This document shows, piece after piece, positions 1 to 14,200 of a stretch of 64,000 nucleotides of DNA. Both the position numbers and the translations under genes were made by a program. Positions within the stretch are counted from its first letter, which is position 1; each line of letters opens with the position of its first letter. This stretch comes from Squalus acanthias (Eukaryota), in NCBI GenBank assembly GCA_030390025.1, contig CM059432.1, positions 70,806,001 through 70,870,000 on the forward strand. Reading direction: 5' to 3'. Below the pieces are notes generated by a model, which saw nothing but the letters and a program-made list of their open reading frames with translations, did not search any database and was not told the DNA's origin.

Positions 1-1854
1 CCTGCAAATTTAAGTCAAAAAGAAAATCTCAATTGTAATTTGAAGGTGCTACAATACCCTGAATCACATCACAAAGTACTAATGAGGGAGGCAAATTGGT
101 CCCACTAGTTCATCCTTTCTTAGAAACCCATGATCCCCCATGTACACCATTTAATTGCCTCTTAAATTATTGCAGGCTTTGTCTCCACTATCCCAAGGCA
201 TTCCAGCTACTGATCATGAAGTGCTTCCCAGCACAAGTCTTGAACGACCAGTTTATACCCATGTGTCCAGAATAGAAAAGGTACATTTGGAACAGTTAGT
301 TGAACCACAACTCAAAGAAAAGGGAATGAACTAGGAGGAAATCTACCTCACCCTGAAAAAAATACAAACCTTTCACGTTTTGAAAAGTACATTGAAGTCT
401 TATATTAGCTATCCTTAAAAATATTTCTTCATGAGCTAAATCATAGATTATATAGCATAGCTGCAGAATACTCTATGCCAGTTCATAATGTAATGTTAAC
501 TTAACAAGCACTCAGTCCAAGAATAAAATGAATACAGCCTTTGTACAACAACATTAATATATTTCTAACCACACTGTTGCATTTTTGGGTCTTTTCTAAC
601 CTTCTTACCCTGGATTATTTGGCCTCTAGTATCTTAGGTCACATCTGCGGGTGATTCCCAACGCCTCATATCTTCTAGAGTTTTTATTCTTGCCTTGAGA
701 TGTAGGTAAACTTTTTGTAATGTGCCCAAGAAACAAACAGCAAATCCTGTCTATTGAATTGCTTTTAGCTACTCGGCATATCTTAAGATCAAACCTTGTT
801 TTCAGTTTATAAAAAAAGATTAACATGTACATAAGTAACAGTAATATAATATAGTTGTATATTTACTTTAGGCATCCTTCTGCCTAACTCGAGCGAAAAC
901 AATTAACAACTGCAACTCTAAGAACTAAGCTAATGCTTTAAAAATAACTGTGAAAGTACAGCATTTTTCTTGAATTTCTTATCACTGTTTCTTCAAAATT
1001 CAGTGATTTTTTTTCCCCAGGAGTTTCACACAAATTGGTTCACTTCAAACTGATTCTTCTGAAATTTTCAAACAGACTCTGATTTGAACAAAACCGTTCC
1101 TTTTTATATCCCAGGAAAGTGTTACCAGGATGCCCTGGATTTTGAATATCTTGCCACTCAAATTTAAAAAAGTAACAGTCAGTCACATTAAAGCTGAACC
1201 AATCACACAGCATTGTTTAAGTTTGAATTATTTCTCTGGCCAACAGAACTTGCAATATCATATCAATATAGGCTTGGTACAGGAATCTGAATTGTAGGTA
1301 GTTAAACTGCTATGCATTGTGACTGGATTTAAAAGGAACAGCCACCAAATCAAACTAGACAAATATCTTTATTTTGTCACACATACCAATCAGTACTGCA
1401 TTTTTAAGGTCATACTACTATACAATGCCATTTAAAAGTGTGGTTAAATTCTCTTTAAATTGAAGCAGATTTGCTTTTACCCAAGTAATGCTTTGATAGC
1501 TTTAAAAAAAAATCACTGTGCTGCAATTTTAAAGACTGTATTGTTCTTTAAAATGAACTTATTCCTGATATTTAGGTCATATAGAAACAATCCTATGGGA
1601 TTGCATCAGATGCACTTCCTCACTTCCTATTTCCCCCTCTCTGTGAAAAGTCACATTGTGCAACTCAAATTGTAAAAATGTACAACTTCATGCATTTCTA
1701 CAAGTTAGTCTGCAGCTGCCAAAGCCACACTGAGAAAACAAGAACAAGGAATTGGTCAATGGCACACATCTTAAAAACAGGTTTAATCTTCATTAAAAGT
1801 GAATTAAAAAAACTTGTTGCAGGGATGAATGATGCTAACAAAGCCACATTTATT

Positions 1855-2360
1855 TTCTATCCCCAGCTGCCTTGCAAGGATGTTGGTGAGCCTTCTCCTA
1901 AACTGCTGCAGTCTTTGTGGTGTTAGGTAGGACATTACAAAATTTTGACCCAGCAACAATGAAGGAATGGTATAGTATTCCCATGAGTTTGTTGCTCTTC
2001 TCCCTCTTGGTAGTAGAGGTTGCAAAACTGGGAGGTGCTGTCAAAGAAAGCTTGGTAAGTTGCTGCAGTGCATCCTGTAGATAGTACATATTGCAGCCAC
2101 TGTACACCAGTGGTGGATATTCAGCTCAGTAGCAGGGATGCTGATCAAGCAGATCGCTTTGTCTTGGGTGGTGGTGAAGTCCTTGACTGTTGTTGCAGTT
2201 GCAGTTGCAGCCAACCAGCCGAGTAACAAGTATTCCATCACATTCTGGACTTTGTGTCTTGTAGATGCTGGAGAGGCACTGAGAGGTCAGGAGGCGAGCC
2301 ACACGACGTAGCCTCTGCCCTGCTCTTGTAGCCACGGTATTGATATTGCTAGACCAGTCA
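1855..2360 (-). mobile_element. 3' fragment of a non-LTR LINE (CR1/L2/Jockey group, family unresolved; 'family J' here)
   Basis: Minus-strand peptides WSSNINTVATRAGQRL and TVAAICTIYRMHCSN match the copies at 49.9, 58.0 and 63.8 kb. Confidence 0.8.
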
Positions 2361-3596
2361 AACACTTAACCCAATCCTGCCAGAACAAAAACATTCCAAC
2401 AAGTGACTCCCTTCTAGGAGGTTACCACTAATACTCAAATGGTCCAACCAACTGATATATGCAGAATACAAGTAAAAACAAAATAATCTAGTTTGTCCCA
2501 TTAATGATACAATTAACATCCTGCGGTGCCCACTAGTCAGGGAAGGTTTCAAACATACTGGCAGAGATCGCATGATCCCTCTCGAGGACTACACAGGACA
2601 GCGGAAGAGAGGCAAGCAGTCGGAGTGACCTACCCTGTAGATCTTATGCATCCTGGAGCTATGAATGGCAGTTTTGGCCAGGCCCAGGAGCAAACACACG
2701 AGATGGACATCCAACTTGCTTGCCTCCGTACAAACCCGGGTGACCCAAGATCAGGAGCGTCGGATTGAAGTTTAGCCAAAACTGGAGGAGCAGTCCATTT
2801 AAATAGTGGAACAGGGGTCAGGATTTTGTTTACGTTTGAGAAATTTTCTTAAAATTTAGTTAGTTTGCAGTATGGGTTTCCTAATGTGGAAACCCTTCTG
2901 GAGTGGCAAGAGAAAGAACAACAGAGAAGCCGAGAACATACAGGGAGATCTGCAAACCAGGGAGGCCAGGACAGCAGTTACTTTAGCTCAAAGTCACTAC
3001 ATCGCTTAATTTCTTTGCCACTCGATTATTCTTGCATAAATAATTAATGCTCTGTTTGCCAGAGCAGCCCCAATTCACATCATCTGATGCAGGATCAGGA
3101 CAAATGGGTGATCAGCCCATTAAGTTTCAATGGATTGTAGGGTTTCCATGAGTGATTAGAGCTATAGTTTGTATTCAAGTGGCCATATGAACTTCTATTG
3201 CTAACCCACAACATTGTGAATCAAGAGATTTCACTTCCTTTAGTGAGAGACTACAGGCATAGATTTCTGCATGTCAGTGCCCAACATGCAGGGTGCTATT
3301 ATCATCCATTCATCTTTCAGCAGTCCAGTGTCCCTACACCCTTTCAGAATCAAGGGCAAGGTGCTGGCTGTCTTCTTAGAGACAAAGGGTATCAATACTA
3401 CTATAGTTTCTAACAGAGGAAAAGACAGGAGGAGGACACAGCAGGGTCACAGACAGATGTTGGGAGAAAGCTAAGAGACAAACTCATCAGAGACGTTCAG
3501 TAATATCTGGTCATATTATAGTTATACAATATTTTTTAACAACAAAGATGTGCCACATAATTCAAATGTACAATCCTTAGAACATTCCATTCATTA

Positions 3597-5628
3597 TTAA
3601 AAGGGCGTGTATGACAGATGTCAGGTTGAGAATACAAGTGAAGATCAGGCTAATATAGAAAGTTCAGAGGGGAAGTGAAAAAGAAAATAAGAGGGGCAAA
3701 GAGAGAGTATGAGAATAGACTGGCAGCTAATATAAAAGGGAATTCAAAAGTCTTCTATAGGCATATAAATAATAAACGGGTAGTAAGAGGAGGGGTGGGG
3801 CCGATTAGGGACCAAAAAGGAGACCTATGCATGGAGGCAGAGGGCATAGCTGAGGTACTAAATGAGTACTTTGCATCTGTCTTCACCAAGGAAGAAGATG
3901 CTGCCAAAGTCATAGTGAAAGAGGAGGTAGTGGAGATACCAGATGAGATAAAAATTGATAAAGAGGAGGGATTAGAAAGGCTTTCTGAACTTAAAGTTGA
4001 TAAGTCACCAAGACCGGATGGGATGGGTTAAGGAGGAAATCGCAGCGGTACTCGCCATAATCTTCCAATCCTTAGACACGGATGTGGTGCCGGAGGACTG
4101 AAGAATTGCAAATGTTATACCCTTGTTCAAAAAAAGGGTGTAAGGATAAACCCAGCAACTACAGGCCAGTCAGTTTAACCTCGGTAGTAGGGAAGCTTTT
4201 AGAAACAATAATCAGGGACAAAATTAACAGTCACTTGAACAAGTGTGGATTAATTAAGGAAAGCCAGCACGGATTTTTTAAAGGCATATAGTGTTTAACT
4301 AACTTGATCGAGTTTTTTGATGAGGTAACAGAGAGGGCTGATGAGGGCAATGCGGTGGACGTGGTGTATATGGACTTCCAAAAGGCATTTGATAAAGTGC
4401 CACATATTAGGCTTACCAGCAAAGTTGAAGCCCATGGAATAAAAGGGGCAGCATGGATACGAAATTGGTTAAGTGACAGGAAACAGAGAGGAGTTTGTTG
4501 GACTGGAGGAAGGTATACAGTAGTGTTCCCCAGGGGTCGGTACCAGGACCACTGCTTTTCTTGATATCTATTAATGGCTTAAAATTTGGAGGTAGTGAAC
4601 AGCGAGGAGGATAGTGATAGACTTCAAGAAAACATATAGACAGGCTGGTGAAATGGGCGGACACGTGGCAGATGAAATTTAACACAGAAAAGTGTGAAGT
4701 GATACATTTTGGTAGGAAGAACGAGGAGAGGCAATATAAACTAAAGGGTACAATCCTAAAGGGGGTGCATGAAGAGAGAGACCTGGGGGTATATGTGCAC
4801 AAATCGTTGAAGGTGGCAGGGCAGGTTGAGAAAGCGGTTAAAAAATGCATACAGGATACTGGGCTTCATAAATAGAGGCATAGAGTACAAAAGCAAGGAA
4901 GTTATGATGAACTGGTTCGGCCTCAACTGGTGTATTGTGTCCAATTCTGGGCACTTTAGCAAGGATGTGAAGGGCTTAGAGAGGGTGCAGAAAAGATTTA
5001 CAAGAATGATTCCAGGGATGAGGGACTTCAGTTATGTGGATAGACTAGAGAAGCTGGGGTTGTTCTCCTTATGTTCGAGCAGAGAAGGTTGAGAGCAGAT
5101 TTGATAGAGGTATTCACAATCATGAGGGGTCGAGACAGAGTAGATAGAGAGAAACTGTTCCCATTGGCGGAAGGGTTGAGAATCAGAGGACACAGATTCA
5201 AGGTGATTGGAAAAAAAAACAAAGGCGACATGAGGAAAAACCTTTTTTACGCAGCGAGTGGTTAGGATCTGGAATGCACTGCCTGAAAGGGTGGTGGAGG
5301 CAGACTCAATCGTGGCTTTAAAAAGGGAATTGGCTAAGTATCGGACCAAAATTTTTTTGCAGGGCTATGGGGAAAGGGCGGGGGAGTGGGACTAGTTGAA
5401 GTGCTCTTGCAGAGAGCAGGCATGGGCTTGACAGGCCGAATGGCCTCCTTCTGTGCTGTCTTCTTAGGGAGTCCCTCAGAACCGATGATGACTTGCTTCC
5501 ACACTAAAAATGAGTTCTCAGGTGACTGATGAGTCCAATGCGGGACCTACAGTCTCTGTCACAGGTGGGGCAGACGGTGGTTGAAGGGGCGGGTGGGTGG
5601 GATGCTTGGGTGCTGTAACCATTCTATG
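3597..5628 (+). mobile_element. 5'-truncated, frameshifted CR1 LINE (RT region and 3'UTR)
   Basis: NYRPVSLTSVVGK, YMDFQKAFDKVPH and WQMKFNTEKCEVIHFG motifs; 3' end GGCCGAATGGCCTCCTTCTGTGCTGT...ATTCTATGA. Confidence 0.92.
5460..5609 (-). mobile_element. RTE-clade LINE 3' end inserted in the CR1 tail
   Basis: Minus strand encodes a C-terminal C2H2 finger, TVCPTCDRDCRSRIGLISHLRTH, then ...GAGGGACTCCCTAAGAAG. 7-bp TSD GTGCTGT at 5453-59 and 5610-16. Confidence 0.8.
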
Positions 5629-8624
5629 AAAAGCATGTCCCATGATGGTCATAAGTCAGCAAACATGTTTTTTCAGATCCAATGCAACTTCATGTTTTCA
5701 ACAAAAAAAATGATCATAACTATTTCTGACAACAAAAATAACTGGAACTTTATAATCAAGAGGTTAATTAGCTTCATCACAGTGCAGTGCCATTGTGACT
5801 TTGATTTTTCCTGAGTCTTATTCTAACACTCCCAAGTGCTACCTGAGAGCCTGGGGTCTGAGATGTGGGCAGCTGGTTTATATGATAAAAGCTTCTTAGG
5901 ACAGAGATAGCCCTCCTCTCAAGGCTGTTGGGTCGTGGGGACGGAACTGTAACAGATTGCTTCTCAAGACTTTGAATCCACAGCCTTAGCCTACTGACTT
6001 TATTCTACCCATGAAGGTGTTTAAAGGAACTGAGCAGAGCACTCTCTGGCACTGCCTGGGAAGCAGAATCCTTGGATCCATCTCTTGCTCTCCCTCTAGG
6101 CATGGTATGAGGATATTGATTGCCACTGATCTGTGAGAAAATAAATCTTATGGAATTACTAATGTACCTTAATCTCTAGCCTGCAGTATACCAAATACCA
6201 TGCAAACATTCTTAAGTGGTGCTCTGGCTTTCTCCATTCTGTCACCCAAGGCCTGAATGCAACCACTTAAAGCCTGCACATGGAAGTGATGATTTGCCTC
6301 CAGTCCCGTGTTCTGTGGGATGCAAGCAGATTCCTCCAGCCACCACTTTTTCCAGGGTGCTCTACATTATTGAGAAGCCCACTCTGATGTTGCAAAGAAT
6401 GACACTGTACTTTACTACCAGCCTGGCATCTGCTGCACTTTTTCAGAGTCTTTATGAGTTTGATTCTCTGCTAGTATCTTAATTTTAATGATAGGACCTT
6501 AGCCTCTGCTCAGAAATATCCTCCTCCACTTCCACAACTTTTCTTTTGGCTCCCTTGTGTGTCATGTAGCACTCAGTATCCACACCTCATCTAAAGTTTC
6601 TATATCCCTGAGTAAATCTATCTGGGCTGATGAGTGAGAGGATGAATGACAATGTGAGTGAATTTCTGCTGGCTGTCCCAGCTGCAGAGTGTTCTGCTAT
6701 TCAGCCACTCTCTCTCCGCTTCTTCTTTCTTGTTTCCAGATCATATGCATAGAGAAACACAGAGAAATACAATGAGTTGCCTGCTATTTACTTTTTGCTT
6801 GCTGTTCTGCTCATGTAAGGGTCACGTAAAAGTATGAGTCATAAAATAGATTTTATTTTTGATCTTTGAACATTAGCACTTGCCCTGCACAAACCAACTG
6901 TGGGTGTGGCACCTCTCATGTCTCATTCCTCTATTGCCTCAGCTGAGTGGGATCCCAGTATCTCAATTGCCTCCTCCTTCACCTGCTGGGTTAATGGGCA
7001 AATATCTGCTATTTCTCCTCATGTAGCTATTGCTCCCATGAATTATGTACCGTTTTTTTTCCTGCACAAGCACAGAATGCTTGTTAGGTACAGACTAATT
7101 TACTTGACAATTATTGGAGAACTTGTATCAATCCTCTTAGGGAGTTCCCATGAAGAAAGTGATTCTTCAAAGGGTATGCATGCATTACAGAATTCTCCAG
7201 TGATTTAATTTAATTGTTCAATGTGAAGGAGTGTGTACAGTTCATTTAGTTGACAGATTATGCTCTTAAATTTGTTACTGTACTTTTAAGATTAATATTG
7301 GTTTGTAGTCTGAAAATTTTAAAATATAGATGCATGGTAGCTTGCTACCATCACACATAACCTTTGTTGACCTGGTGAGGTAATTCCTGCACTGGAGGGA
7401 TGCCCAGAGGGGAATTGCCACTCACTACCTGTGCCACGTCCTTCCACATGGTTCTGGCTGTGGTGGCAGGTCTCTTGCCATCCACACCCACTATTTCAGC
7501 CAGAAGAAGAATATTTATATCACTCTGATGTTTGCTGCTATTCTTTTACTAGTTCCCATTTGGAGCAATTTCCTCAACTTACTATCTGATGGTTCTGCTT
7601 TACATGCAGTCCAACTTTAAATCTTGCAGCTGCACTGTCACAACAACTTCCTCAGCCACCTCCCTCCTGCCATGAATTTTCTAGTCCTCCCAGGTGCACT
7701 GCACCAATTATTAGCAGGACTTGCACCTTTATCCTATCCAGTAATATTAAAATTAGTGGGTATTCCATAATTAGTGCAAGAATAAGATCTTATCAAATTT
7801 TTTTTATTCACAAAATATCAGTTATTGAGGGGGATGGGGAAAAATTATACTTGCAAGTCCTTTGCAACTAATCATGCACATAATTTTTAACAGCTACAAA
7901 AGTCATTCCATAATGCTATCAGTACATTAAAAGGAATAAGAACTACCTGCCAAATATGCCTTTTGAAGAACATACCTTCAAAGCTGGTTATTAAATATAA
8001 AAGGTGAACCATATCAGTTATGCCTAGATAACTGTGAAGATATTATTTAAGAGGGAACTTAGAATTCCAAAAACTGTTCATGGGGGTTGGAGGAAAAAGG
8101 GAAATATTTAAACAAGGATTTGATAGATATTGGAGACAGGTGATGGAAGCATTTTTATCCAGCAGCATTGCGGGAATAGGTAAAGGCATAGGCGAGTAGA
8201 GCTGCTGAGAAAGAAGAAAGCAGACTTGGTAATAGAATGGACATGAGAGACACAAAGCTGGATTTGGGTTGAGCAGTATGCAGGGTTTTTGCAACTCCAG
8301 GTTAAGCCCGGGGTGGCAGCGGGGCAGGTCAAATCAGAAATACACCAATAATGGTTTCTATGAGATCAAGGGCCCCCCATTACTATGAAGGATAAAAGTA
8401 AAAATAATGGTTAGACCCTGCACAAATGAGTTAGCAGCTTGCAATTTTGTTGGTATTTGACAGAGACTCACCCTTAAGTAACTTAATCCAATCCTATGTA
8501 GTGGTGTAGAACCTTAGCTGGAGGTTGTAGGAGAAAATTTCTGAGTATCCTTCACCTCTTTGATAATGTGGAACCAAAATGAGAAGTGGAATTCAGCAGA
8601 ACCAAACTGTATAAAACCAAACTT

Positions 8625-10914
8625 TCTCCCGTTTTCAGAATTCTCGTTCTGCCTGGACCCCTCCCTCTGGCCTCTTACCCTCTCTAGATCTTTTCATTGC
8701 AAACTAACGGCGTGACATCGGCCCTTTCAATTTCTCTGCTCCCCTCACTCACTCTGCTCCCCTCACTCACTCCAACCTACCTCCCTCTGAACTTGCAGCA
8801 CTCCGTTCTCTCAGATCCAACCCCAATATTGTCATTAAACCTGCTGACAAGGGTGGCGCTGTTGTTGTTTGGCAAACCGACCTCTACCTTGCGGAGGCTG
8901 GACAGCAACTCTCCGACACCTCCTCCTACCTCCCCCGGACCATGACCCCACTACCTAACATCAAGCCATCATTTCCAAGACTGTCACGGACCTCATCTCC
9001 TCTGGAGATCTTCCATCCACGGCTGCCAACCTCATAGTTCCACAACCCTGCACAGCCCACTTCTACCTCCTTCCCAAGATCCACTAACAGGACTGCGCTG
9101 GTAGACCCATCGTTTCAGCCTGTTCTTGCCCCACGGAAAAGATTTCTTCCTATCTCGACTCTATTTTTTCTCCCCTTGTCCAGTCTCTTCCCACCTACAT
9201 CCATGACTCTTCTGACGCCCTCCGCCACTAACAGTTTCCTGGCCCCAACTTTCTCCTTTTCACTATGGCCGTCCAATCCCTCTACACCGCCACCCCCCAC
9301 CAGGATGGCCTGAGGGCCCTCCGCTTCTTCCTTGAACAGAGGCCCAAACAGTCCCCATCCACCACCATCCTCCTCCGCCTGGCTGAACTTGTTCTCACAT
9401 TGAACAACTTCTCCTTTGACTCCACTCACCACTTCCAAATTAAAGGTGTTGCTATAGGAACCTGCATGGGTTCTAGCTATGCCTGCCTTTTTGTGGGATA
9501 TGTGGTACGTTGATGACTTTATCAGTGCCATTTCCTGCTCTCGCCCTGAACCAGAAAATTTTATTCACTTTGCTTCCAATTTCTACCCTTCCTGCACCTT
9601 CCACATGGTCCATCTCCGACCCTTCCCTTCCTCGACTTCTCGGTCTCCATTTCTGGGGATAGGCGATCGACAAACATCCACTATAAGCCCACTGACTCCC
9701 ACAGCTACCTGGACTACACTTCCTCCCACCTCGCTTCCTGTAAGGACTCTATTCCATTCTCCCAATTTCTCCGTCTCGTCTGCTCGGACGATGCCACCTT
9801 CCATACTAGTGCTTCCGATATGTCTTCCTTTTACCTCAACCGAGGATTCCCCATTACAGTGGTTGACATGGCACTCGACCGTGTCCCCTCTATTTCCCGC
9901 ACTTCTGCTCTCACCCCTTCCCCTCCCTTCCAGAACCACAATAGGGTTCTCCTTGTCCTCACCTTTCACCCACCAGCTTCCACAGTCAACGGATCATCTC
10001 ATTTCCGCCACCTCCAGTATGATCCCACCATCAAACACATCTTCCCCTCCCCTCCCCTTTCAGTATTCCGAAGGGACCGCTCCCTCCGCGACACCCTGGT
10101 CCGCTCCTCAAATCACCCCCAACACCCTTTCCCCTTCCCATGGCACCTTCCGTGCAAGTGTAGGAGATGCAACACCAACCCTTTTACCTCCTCCCTCCCT
10201 TCCCACTGTCCAGGGCCCCAAACACTCCTTCCAGGTGAAATAGCGATTTACTTGTACTTCTTGCAATTTGTATACTGTATTCACTGCTCATGATGTGGTC
10301 TCCTCTACATTGGGGAGACCAAACGCAGATTGGGTGATCGCTTTGCGGAACACCTCTGTTCAGTCCATAAGCGTGATCCCCAAGCTTCCAATCGCCTATC
10401 ACTTTAATTCTCCGCTCCACTCCCACTCTGACCTCTCCGTCCTCGGCCTCTTACACTGTTCCAATGAAGCTCAACGTAAGCTCGAGGAACAGCACCTCAT
10501 CTTTCGATTAGGCACTTTACAGCCTTCTGGACACAACATCGAGTTCAACAATTTCAGACCATAACCTCGGCCCCTATTTTTGCACATGGCAGCTCTTGAT
10601 GATTCTGCCATTCCCATTTACACCTCTTCTAGACTCATTTTTTGTTTCTTTACTTGCCCCATTACCATCTCCATTTGCCTTGTACAATCATCTCTTTTGT
10701 CTTTTAATCTCTCCTGCCTGCCATCCTATCGCAGACCTTCCCTTTTGTTCTTTCCTCCCCTCCCCCTGTCCCTGCACTTGCTTAAGATCTGTTACATCTC
10801 TAACTTTTTCCAGTTCTGACGAGAGGTCATCAAACAGAAACGTTAACTCGGTTTCTCTCTCCACAGATGCTGCCTGACCTGCTGAGTATTTCCAGCATTT
10901 TCTGTTTTTATTTC
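8625..10914 (+). mobile_element. Penelope-like element (decayed RT, GIY-YIG endonuclease, 3' pLTR)
   Basis: IKPADKGG, FYLLPKIH, LYT..PH, GVAIGTCMG, YVDD, LYIGETKRRLGDRFAEH and RKLEEQHLIFRLGTLQPSG across frameshifts. Tail contains a hammerhead-type motif. Confidence 0.92.
10812..10848 (+). ncRNA. Decayed minimal hammerhead ribozyme motif in the Penelope pLTR
   Basis: AGTT-CTGACGA-(stem II mutated)-GAAA-CGTT-AACT. Stem I AGTT/AACT pairs; stem II does not. Confidence 0.6.
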
Positions 10915-11184
10915 TGTAGAAGGTCGATCCTCAGAGGCCTTTTAGTGTCATCCATGGAGTGTGAAACACCTTGAAGAACTGTGGCATTTTTATTATTCTT
11001 GTCCTGTTGGATCTAGTAGTTGTTCACCATCTCAATCTAGATAGCTGACCTGAGCAGAAATCTTCTTACTGCAGAATTTGAAACCATATGTAGACATTTC
11101 CCCCAATTTTTTAATTTTTATTTAAGTTTAAAAAAAAAAGTCTGGTCTACAGGACAAAAGCTAACGTGCAGCAATATTTTTGAT

Positions 11185-11262
11185 TTGATGTTAAACCAAG
11201 GCCCTAACAACCTAGTTGGATGATTCCATGGCATTATTCGAAGAGGATCAGGTTGTTCCTGA
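11185..11262 (+). mobile_element. DeuSINE/SacSINE1-like SINE, 5' piece (continues at 16886-17090 and 20930-20945)
   Basis: GATGTTAAACCAAGGCCC...CCATGGCATTATTCGAAGAGG resembles the Deu domain from memory. The later pieces match the reverse complement of the SINE at 36089-36390. Confidence 0.6.
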
Positions 11263-11264
11263 AT

Positions 11265-14200
11265 GCTAAAGTGAAAAGACAAGGAAGCAGTGCAGGAAAG
11301 GGATTGGGATAAGGATAACCAGATTGTGTCAGGAAGGGAGAGCGTACAAAGGAGTGCACTAACAAATAGGGTCCGGGTAAGAAAAAATGGTAATAAGACA
11401 AATAGGGCCATAGTACAAAAAAATGTTAAGATGTCTAAAAATGTTACAAAGACAAATTTAAAGGCACTGTATCTGAATGCACGAAGCATTCGTAATAAGG
11501 TAGACGAATTAACAGTGCAAATAGATGTAAACGGATACGATATAATTGCGATTACGGAGACATGGCTGCAGGGTGACCAAGGCTGGGAGCTGAATATCCA
11601 AGGATATTCGATATTTAGGAAGGACAGGCAAAAAGGAAAAGGAGGTGGGGTGGCATTGTTGGTAAAGGATATTGGCTCAGAAAATAAAGATGTAGAATCA
11701 ATCTGGGTAGAGCTAAGAAACACCAAGGGGCAGAAAACATTGGTGGGAGTTGTCTATAGGCCTCCAAACAGTAGTGGTAATGTAGGGGATGGCATCAAAC
11801 AGGAAATTAGAGATGCATGTAAGAAGGGTACTACAGTAATCATGGGTGACTTTAATCTACATATAGACTGGCCAAACCAAATTAGCAATAATACTGTGGA
11901 GGATGAATTCCTAGAGTGTGTACGAGGTGGTTTTTTAGACCAGTACATTGAGGAGCCAACTAGGGAACAGGCTATCCTAGATTGGGTATTGTGCAATGAG
12001 AAGGGGTTAATTAATAATCTTGTTGTGCTGGGTCCTTTAGGGAAGAGTGATCATAACATGATAGAATTCTTCATTAAGATGGAAAGTGAAGAAGTCCAAT
12101 CTGAAACTAGGGTCCTAAATCTAAACAAAGGAAACAACGAAGGTATGAGGAGTGAGTTGGCTATGATAGATTGGGGAGCTTCATTAAAAGACATGACAGT
12201 GGATAGACAATGGCTAACATTTAAGGAACGAATGCATGAATTGCAACAATTATACATTCCTTTCTGGCGCAAAAACACAAAAGGAAAAGCGGCCCAACCA
12301 TGGCTAACAAAAGAAATTAAGGATAGTATTAGATCCAAAGAGGAGTCATATAAAGTTGCCAGAAAAAGTAGCAAGCCTGAGGATTGGGAGCAGTTTAGAG
12401 TTCAGCAAAAAAGGACCAAGAGATTGATTAGGAGGGGAAAAATAGAGTATGAGAGTAAACTTGCAAGGAACATAAAAGCGGACTGTAAAAGCTTCTACAA
12501 GTATGTAAAAAGAAAAAGATTAGTGAAGACAAATGTAGGTCCCTTACAGTCAGAAACGGGAGAATTTATAATGGGGAACAAGGAAATGGTGAGCAATTAA
12601 ACAAATACTTTGGTTCTGTCTTCACGGAAGAGGACACAAATAACTTCCAAGAAATGCTAGGGAACCAAGGGTCTAGTAAGGAGGAATTAAAGGAAATTAG
12701 TATTAATAAAAAAATAGTGCTGGAGAAATTAATGGGACTGAAAGCCAATAAATCCCCAGGGCCTGATAATCTGCATCCCAGAGTACTAAAAGAGGTAGCC
12801 ATGGAAATAGTGGATGCATTGGTTGTCATCTTCCAAAATTCTATAGATTATGGAACAGTTCCTGCAGATTGGAGGGTGGCAAATGTAACCTTACTGTTTA
12901 AAAAAGGAGGGAGAGAGAAAACAGGGAACTACAGACTGGTTAGCCTAACATCAGTAGTAGGGAAAATGCTAGAGTCTATTATAAAGGATGTGATAACAGG
13001 ACACTTAGAAAATATCAACGGGATTAGACAGAGTCAACATGGATTTATGAAAGGGAAATAGTGTTTGACAAACCTTCTGGAGTTTTTTGAGGATGTAACT
13101 GGTAGAATAGATAAGGGAGAACCAGTGGATGTGGTGTATTTGGATTTTCAGAAGGCCTTTGATAAAGTCCCACATAAAAGGTTAGTGTGCAAAATTAAAG
13201 CACATGGGATTGGGGGTAATATACTGGCATGGATTGAAAATTGATAACAGAGAGTAGGAATAAATGGGTCTTTTTCGAGGTGGTAGGCGGTGACTAGTGG
13301 GGTACCGCAGGGATCAGTGTTTGGGCCCCAGCTATTCACAATATATATCAATGATTTGGATGAGGGAACCAAATGTAATATTTCCAAGTTTGCTGACGAC
13401 ACGAAATTAGGTGGGATTGTGAGTTGTGAGGAGGATGCAAAGAGGCTTCAAGGCGATTTAGACAAGTTGAGTGAGTGGGCAAATACATGGCAGATGCAGT
13501 ATAACGTGGATAAATGTGAAGTTATCCACTTCGGTAGGAAAAACAGAAAGGCAGAGTATTATTTAAATGGTGATAGATTGGGAAATGTTGATGTACAGAG
13601 GGACCTGGGTGTCCTTGTACACCAGTCACTGAAAACAAACATGCAGTTGCAGCAAGCAGTTAGGAAGGCAAATGGTATGTTGGCCTTCATTGCAAGAGGA
13701 TTTGAGTACAGGAGCAAGGATCTTACTACAGTTATACAGGGCCTTGGTGAGACCACATCTGGAGTACTGTGTGCAGTTTTGGTCTCCTTACCTAAGAAAG
13801 GATATACTTGCCATAGAGGGAGTGCAGCGAAGGTTCACCAGACTGATTCCTGGGATGGCAGGACTGTTGTATGAGGAGAGATTGGGTCGACTAGGCCTGT
13901 ATTCACTAGAGTTTAGAAGAATGAGAGAGGATCTCATAAAACTCGGACAGGGCTCGACAGACTGGATACAGGGAGGAGGTTTCCCCTGGCTGGGGTGTCT
14001 AGAACGAGGGGTCACAGTCTCAGGATAAGGGGTAGGACATTTAGAACTGAGATGAGGAGAAATTTCTTCACTCAGAGGGTGGTGAACCTGTGGAATTCTC
14101 TACCACAGAAGGCTGTGGAGGCCAAGTCACTGAATATATTTAAGAAGGAGATAGATAAATTTCTAGACACAAAAGGCATCAAGGGCTGAAGTTAGAAATA

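Noticed and set aside
5526..5550. CTGATGAGTCC...GGAC resembling a hammerhead core
   Set aside because: No GAAA box follows; it is the antisense of the RTE zinc-finger codons (IGLISH).
5850..8340. Possible very old Harbinger, L2 and CR1 remnants
   Set aside because: Only faint similarity (e.g. HVHSITKSAFF at ~8230); boundaries cannot be supported by eye.
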